From assembly GCA_964016885.1 (NCBI GenBank), contig OZ024741.1:181226001-181290000 (forward strand): DNA of 64,000 nt. Reading direction: 5' to 3'. How positions within the stretch are numbered: the stretch's first letter is position 1; every line of letters begins with the position of its first letter. Positions 57,411 through 64,000 of this stretch are shown here, in pieces. The translations under genes were made by a program, and so were the position numbers. The notes under the pieces are model-generated. The model saw nothing but the letters and a program-made list of their open reading frames with translations. It made no database searches and was not told the DNA's origin. The DNA is from Eledone cirrhosa. Its lineage: Eukaryota.

Positions 57411-57584
57411 TGGTTAAAGAAAATCGGCCCCTTCACGCTTTTTGGAACGCTTCAAAAGACATGCTTGCTTGGAACAGCAAGAACCCTCCGATACGTCCTG
57501 AATATCTGAGGCTGCAGGTAGTGGCTTGATATTCAATCCAACGGACTTTCCAGTTAACCAACATCAATGACTGAGATTCAAGGA
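57411..57584 (+). mobile_element. Short 3' fragment of an R4/Dong-like element inside (TAA)n
   Basis: LQKTCLLGTARTLRYVLNI*; (TAA)n-type arrays at ~57300-57410 and 57585-57643. Confidence 0.75.
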
Positions 57585-57592
57585 ATAACAAC

Positions 57593-57629
<37 letters not shown>

Positions 57630-57889
57630 TAATAATAATAATTACTGCACACGTATTGAGAAGAGCACTATCTCTGTAAGATTGATATACCTCCTTGTAT
57701 TTACATATGCATATACACATGTGTATATATGTATTCTGTTTTTTTAAAAATATAATCAATGTGCTGTATTAACTGGTTTACCAATGCAGACTGTGAATTT
57801 ATTTGCCCTAGGTGTCAGGAAGACACTCGGCATATATCTCAGAAACAATAATGAAAGAAAATAAAAATGATAATAATAATAATAATAAT

Positions 57890-59437
57890 GAGAAGGTCAA
57901 CTTAGCTAACAAAGCACTAGATGTAATCAAAAACGAACATAGAAAACCACTGACACTTGATGACATTAACCCGCTGCTATATGCCACTGCAACTGTGATT
58001 GCTGGCAAGCTGCACCCCAAAACACGAACAAGAAACATACACACAAATGCAAAACCAAAATGGCCTTGACAGCTGGAGAACAAAATTAGAGTTGAGGAGA
58101 GCTGTCTTTCTCGCATCTGAAATAGATAATGGAACTTTCATCAACCTCGACAAGCTTTCTAGGCTGAAGAAGAAATACAAGGTCAATCGAGAAGCAGACT
58201 GGAAAGAAATTGCTGAATCAATCAAGCAAATGATACAGGCGAAGGCTCAGATACTAAGATGTAAAAAATAGCTAACTTCTTTAAACAGAACAAAATCATT
58301 GCCGAAGATGCTAAAAGATTTTACAGAGAGTTAGGCAAAAAGAATATTGTAAGTAAGACAACCACCTGAGCTTGATGAGGTTGAACACTTCGGGGTGAAT
58401 ATCTAGGAAAAAGCTAAAGACGAGAACTCCAATTCCCCATGGCTGGAACAATTGGAAATCCCTGCTTGCACACAGGAAAGGAATGATATCACCTCACAAG
58501 AAGCAAAAACAACAGTCAGCAACATTGGAAACTAGAAATCACCGGGCAGAGATGGATTGCAGAATTTCTGGCTGAACTATCTGGATGTGCTCCATGAAGC
58601 CTTGGCTGATAAATTCTCCACGTTTGGAGTAAACCAAAGAGAAGTCCAAAACTGGATGACAACTGGTGTAATATATCTTCTACCGAAGAAGGAATGCACA
58701 GTAAAAATCCCCAAACTACTTATATTTGCAGCCCAGGAACAGGTATTGAGAACGAACTGCATCAATTTCAGTATTGAAAAGTCAGTGAATTCCCCACTTT
58801 GTAGGCTGTGTGGTGAGAAAGGTGAGACAACAAACCACATTATTAGTGAATGTAAGATGCTTGCTCGGAAAGAGTACAAGAGAAGGCACGACAACATTGC
58901 CACATTGGTTCATTGGAAGCTCTGTCATGAGTATGATATGACCAGAAGTGAGAAATGTTATGAACACCAACCGGAAAGGGTGGCTGAAAAGGAACAGTAT
59001 AAGACAATTTGTGACATAACCATCCAGTGCGACCATTTTATCATGACTAGGAAACCTGATATTGTTGTCATAGAAAAGAAGAATAACAAGGCGTGTATTG
59101 TAGATATGTGGATATTGCTTCATCGTGGGGCCACAGGGTAAATGAGAATGAAAATGAGAAAGTTGAGAAATAGAAGGAGCTGAAGAGAGAATCAGACACG
59201 TAGAAGTGGTACCAATTATGGTTGGTGGACTGGGAGCAGTTAGTAGAAGGCTGGATGCATGGCTTGAGAAGCTAGGAATTACTATTAGGAAAGGATTGTT
59301 GCTGGGAACAGCAAGAATTCTAAGAAGGATGTTAGAAAGTTGAAGAAGGAATAACCCAAAGGACCTTTGGCCATTGGCTATGGCTCGCTCTTTTGGTATA
59401 GAGTTGGTATAACATCTGGCAAAGCAAACGTGTTACG
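57890..59437 (+). mobile_element. Internally deleted R4/Dong-like element, bounded by TAA repeats
   Basis: KSPGRDGLQNFW, AAQEQVLRTN, CRLC..ETTNHIISEC, RRHDNIA, RKPDIVV, LLGTARILR; RT core missing at ~58715. Confidence 0.88.
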
Positions 59438-59449
59438 AATAATAATAAT

Positions 59450-59732
59450 AATTGTTTCTACTTTTGGCACAAGACCAGCAATTATCTCAGTGTATTACTG
59501 GTACTTTATTTTATCGACCCCGTAAGGATGAAAGGCAAAGTTAACCTCGGCGGGATTTGAACTCAGTCCGTAAAGGGACGTAACTGTGCAAAGCATGGCG
59601 TCCGACCCTCTACCGATACTGCCAATCCACCGATAATAATAATAATGGTTTCTAATTTAGGCACAAGGCCAGGTGCATTACTGGTACTTTATTTTATCGA
59701 TCACGAAAAGATGAAAGGCAAAGCTAAACTTG
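59450..59732 (-). mobile_element. SINE family 1 (one full copy, one partial)
   Basis: Reverse complement of the family consensus. Confidence 0.85.
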
Positions 59733-60902
59733 GTGTTCGCTCTAAGATAACTGTATACACATGAGTGTTTTGTATATCTAATAACATATATTATGTTTAT
59801 GAATAAACATTTGAAAGCCTTCAGCTATTAATTTTGGAAATTGATGATGTAGTGCCATCTATCGGGTTCCAGCAGAAGCAAAGGTGGGTAACTGTTGACA
59901 ATGATCATTGTCATTATCAAGGGAGTGCTCCCTTACCCAGATCGCTGCTGGAACTCAATATAGGCGAAAACATAGTTTTGACACCTATGTAAATGGGATG
60001 ATTAGCCTGATTTGCATATAGAGCTGTCGGCAGTCTCGGCCCGAAAATAGAATTAAGGTGTTCACTCTAACATAGTTGTATACATATAAGTATGAGTATT
60101 TTGTATGTCTAGCGATATATGGTATATTTACCATCTCATCTTCTGAGACTAGACAAATGGCCCGTATCGTGAGATCCAAAGGTTTCCGAAATAACACAGC
60201 GACATACACCCCATACACACACACACATACTCATACAGGGGCTGTTTTAAGTACACGCGTACATAGAACCGTCGAACATTACCCGAATGAGCACTCAGTA
60301 CATGTGAGCAGAGTTTTATTTTCTGAAGAAAATTGATTGCAGTGATTTCAAAGTATCGACAATGGAGCCTCTTCGAAAAATAATGGTCGGGTGGACAATA
60401 ACCCCGATACTTAAGATAAATTGAATGATTCAAGTTTGATCATTATCAAGAAACGATGAATTTAACGCAAGCGTCGTGTATTGCATCTCCTCTAACGTTA
60501 TCCAAATGAGTTGTTCCGTTACGTACACATCGATGTAGAAACCGTAACCATTTATTAATAGGAAGTCAAAGATAGGTATACGAGCAACCGAGATACAATT
60601 TTGAAAGAAAAAATATGTATATAAAGAAACAGTAAGAAGTATAAAGGCGAATCGGTTTGTTGCATATAATCAGATGAGGAATATATATATGTTCTTTGAT
60701 GTAATTTGACGGATAATGTTATCAAATATCGATAACACAAGAAAGCCTGAATATACGGAATTTAATGGTGCAATCTCCGCATAGCCTTTCGAATGATACT
60801 TTGTTATGGAAATGATTACTTCTTGAATGTCAGAATACTTACATCACATACACACACTGACAGATGCATACACAAACCACATACTATTTATCTATCTATC
60901 TA

Positions 60903-62411
60903 TTTGTAAGACAAGCTCTTCCACAACTCGTCTCACTAACAGAGCTGCAGTCCTGGGTCAAGCGACGACCAAAAATGGGTGCCTGGCACCTCGAATGCCT
61001 ACAGGCGCTCACAGCCCTCTACCAAGCGGAAACGGCAATCAGCGGAGATTCCACTTCAACATTCTATAGGGAATTAATGGAGGATAAGTGCGACGACGTT
61101 CTCGGGGAAACTAGGCATCGAGGAGGACGAACTGACTAGTCTGTTCGGGAGGACTTTCCGTCCAGGGCCTATGGATAACTTCCAGAGGTCTCTGGCCTGG
61201 CAGTGCTACCGAAGAGCTCTACCAGTTCGAGACAAAATCTACAGGCACGGACGCCCTTGTAGAGATCCTGCCCAAAGGACCTGTCCAAGATGCGAGCAGG
61301 ACATCGAAACCGTTCTGCACGCAATTGTTCAGTGATCAGGGGTGACCGACCTGTGGAATTATGTCGAACAGCTACTGTCACGCGTTGTCAGCCGAGTCCA
61401 TCGTGAGGATCACCCCGCCGCCTTCATTTAAGAATGAAGGAGAGGCGGTTTCTTCTGTCTGGTGGCTATGGCGAAAGAGGTAATATGGGGACGAGGTTAA
61501 AAGGACTGAGGGCAAACACCTTTCTCGCCGGACAACTTATCCCCTTCTTTAAGTATCACTTCAGAAGGAGGATGAGAGTGGAGAGAGAGGTGCTACACCC
61601 CAGTAAATTCGCTGAAAGGTGGGTGAATGTGGCGAAAATGGCCCGAGTGAATGGGCCTTCTCTGTATATAAACCTGTAGGTTGAGGAAGATAAACAGAGG
61701 GAAGACAGGAACACCTACAAAACGTGTTCCTGGTCTTGAGGGTTGTTCTATCCACGGGGTGTAAAACAACCCTGCACTAACGTTCCCCCTATTGGGATTT
61801 CAATTGTTTTATTTTATTATATACTAGCAGCGGTACCCGTCGTTGCATGGCATAAGGTATTTTGGAACGCGGGCCGCCAACAGACCTAATCATGGAAAAA
61901 CTGCATGCCTGGACAATATGTAAAGAAAATATACCGAATACTCTGATGGCTGGATAATCTTTAAGATTTTCCTCGATGAAGCAGAAAAAAATGCAGGTTT
62001 TCACCTAATGCGGGCCCTAAGGGATCAAGAAAATGAATTTTTTTATGTGCATAATATGCCTTGAAATTTCGGGAAAATGGGCTAGACGTAGCGCCTAAAA
62101 AAAGCCCTAAAAAGCTGAAAAACTGAAGTTTTTCATCTAATGCGGGCCCTCGGCCATAATAAAGTTAGATTTTCTTTGCTCACGGTATGAAGAAGAGACT
62201 GACTAATAGATAGTTACAATTTCAAGGAAATCGGTCTGACGTAACGCCTCAAAAACCCCCTAAAAAGCTGATCAAACGCAGTTTTTCACCCAATGCGGGC
62301 TCTAGGGATCAAAAAGTTGAATTTTTTTATGTCATAACACTCCCTGAAACATAAGTAATAATATGTAAAGTTTGAAAAAAATCGGTTGGGTACTTCTCGA
62401 GTTTTAGGGAG

Positions 62412-62503
<92 letters not shown>

Positions 62504-62631
62504 CCTCAGATTTATATATATAGATAGTTTATTGTTATTTATTAATGTTAAAGTTATATGATTTTTATGTAAACCCCCCACCGTCACGTCTTGTAATGTC
62601 CCACTTTTGTACGCCCCTGTGGCAAATAAAG
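60903..62631 (+). mobile_element. 5'-truncated Tx1-like subfamily A copy (A') interrupted by a Helitron
   Basis: Matches 7029-8070; starts after a short TATC run (60884-60903); AATAAA at 62625 followed by (TATC)n. Confidence 0.92.
61824..62524 (-). mobile_element. Non-autonomous Helitron
   Basis: Minus strand starts TCTATATATATAAA and ends with a short hairpin plus CTAG; inserted between A and T with no target-site duplication; internal (CA)n and three ~130-150-bp subrepeats. Confidence 0.8.
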
Positions 62632-62670
62632 ATATCTATCTATCTATCTATATATCTATCTATTTATCTG

Positions 62671-62764
<94 letters not shown>
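62632..62764 (+). repeat. (TATC)n spacer
   Basis: Direct reading. Confidence 0.97.
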
Positions 62765-62765
<1 letters not shown>

Positions 62766-64000
62766 CTCTTTCTGCCTGACGCGTGGAACATCGCCGGTAA
62801 GATTTTTTGTAAATTTATATACGAAAAACAGAACAAATTGTTTGAAAAAAACATATTATTTTGTAGATTAACCCCCAAGCTGAATTGTCAGCCATTAACC
62901 CCCAAGCTGAATTGTTTTAAAATATCAAATTTTGCAAACTACAAAACATGAATAACACGAAGGGGACGCTGGAGAACGTCAATAGAGAAAAGAGAGAGAA
63001 AGAGGCAGATTTTAACGTTATATCTGCTTCAGCTACTATGGACGTCGCCATAGATACGACTGTCAACAAAGAGGAAAAAATGTTACCACTCGAAAATTGT
63101 ACAATTTCTTCCGTCGAAGCGGAGAAAAAGTAACACTAACTCACAGGAAAACACAGAAATTAAACCTATTAACATACATACACATGAAAAAGACATCAAC
63201 AACTCCACAGATACATCTACACATAAAGTCTCATCTCGTCAAGGAACTGAGATTTCCAACACCGAGGCTAACAACGATAACAGCAACACCACACAAAAAA
63301 ATAGTTGAAACAGTGAACAAAAAACAAGATTTTATAAATCTTGACATCTCCAATGCAAGAGATATGCTCCAGCAAGTGAGAACATTTTTAACTTTCGAAG
63401 AGAAAGGTGGTTTTAGAATTAACTCACCCCTTGAAATAAAGGAAGACACAGTTCGAAGATCAGTCACCTTTAGGACTGTGTCCAATTCCACGAGAAAGCC
63501 GATATTTGTTAGTCAAGCAGATATAGAAGCTACTTTCAAGGAAATTCTAGCAAATATCGATTTTCTCCAACGAGGAAAACAGTACGGAAGTGTTTCCGTA
63601 CTGTTTAAAAGCGAGGCACTCGCCCCAAAACATTCTGTGACACAATGGTGTCAAAAGCATTCACCTTTTTCCCTACATACATGGGAAAAAGGACACAACA
63701 AATAAAAATAAAAAATATACCCCCAAACATTAACATCTGGTGGATCTTGGCTGGCTTCGTAGAGCCAGAAACCGATATGATTCTTTCGATACGAAAATCT
63801 ATTCGACAAAGGTGGGCTGGTACTGATTTGGAGATTCTGTTGCAAATGAGGCCGGAGAGAATCTCCAAAATATCCGAAAGAGTCGTCATCGATGATAACA
63901 ACAAAATAAACATTTCGGTAGAAGGATGAACATTTCATTGCTTTCGCTGTGGTAGCACAGCACACCTAAAAGCCTCTTGTCCTTCACAAACACACAACAA
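62765..64000 (+). mobile_element. 5' part of a subfamily B Tx1-like LINE (B'), disrupted ORF1 from 62948, runs off the window
   Basis: Aligns to 8193-9465. Confidence 0.93.

Overview
AT-rich, microsatellite-dense eukaryotic DNA with no recognisable host gene. An animal source is clear; a cephalopod such as octopus is my inference from the repeat repertoire and is unverified. Almost everything is retroelement-derived. (1) From about 2.0 to 21.5 kb is a head-to-tail, same-strand array of six Tx1/L1-clade non-LTR retrotransposon copies from about four subfamilies, separated by (TATC)n. One copy (15215-21006) has intact ORF1 (626 aa) and ORF2 (1145 aa). A second cluster starts at about 60.9 kb. 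(2) Main candidate for an undescribed system: these LINEs carry conserved spliceosomal signals. A donor (AG|GTAAGT or AG|GTAGGT) overlaps the ORF1 stop, an acceptor (pyrimidine tract...TAG|G) coincides with the ORF2 stop, and a ~68-nt GT-AG segment sits in the 5' UTR. ORF2 therefore looks like an intron of an ORF1-only mRNA. (3) From 25 to 56 kb are many (TA)n-flanked Penelope-like elements (PLEs), ranging from an RT+GIY-YIG copy with an inverted terminal repeat down to 75-400-bp fold-backs that carry hammerhead ribozyme motifs. (4) Also present: R4/Dong-type restriction-like endonuclease (RLE) fragments in (TAA)n and (CATA)n, RTE fragments, two tRNA-derived SINE families and a Helitron. All coordinates and alignments were read by eye; no searches or folding programs were run.
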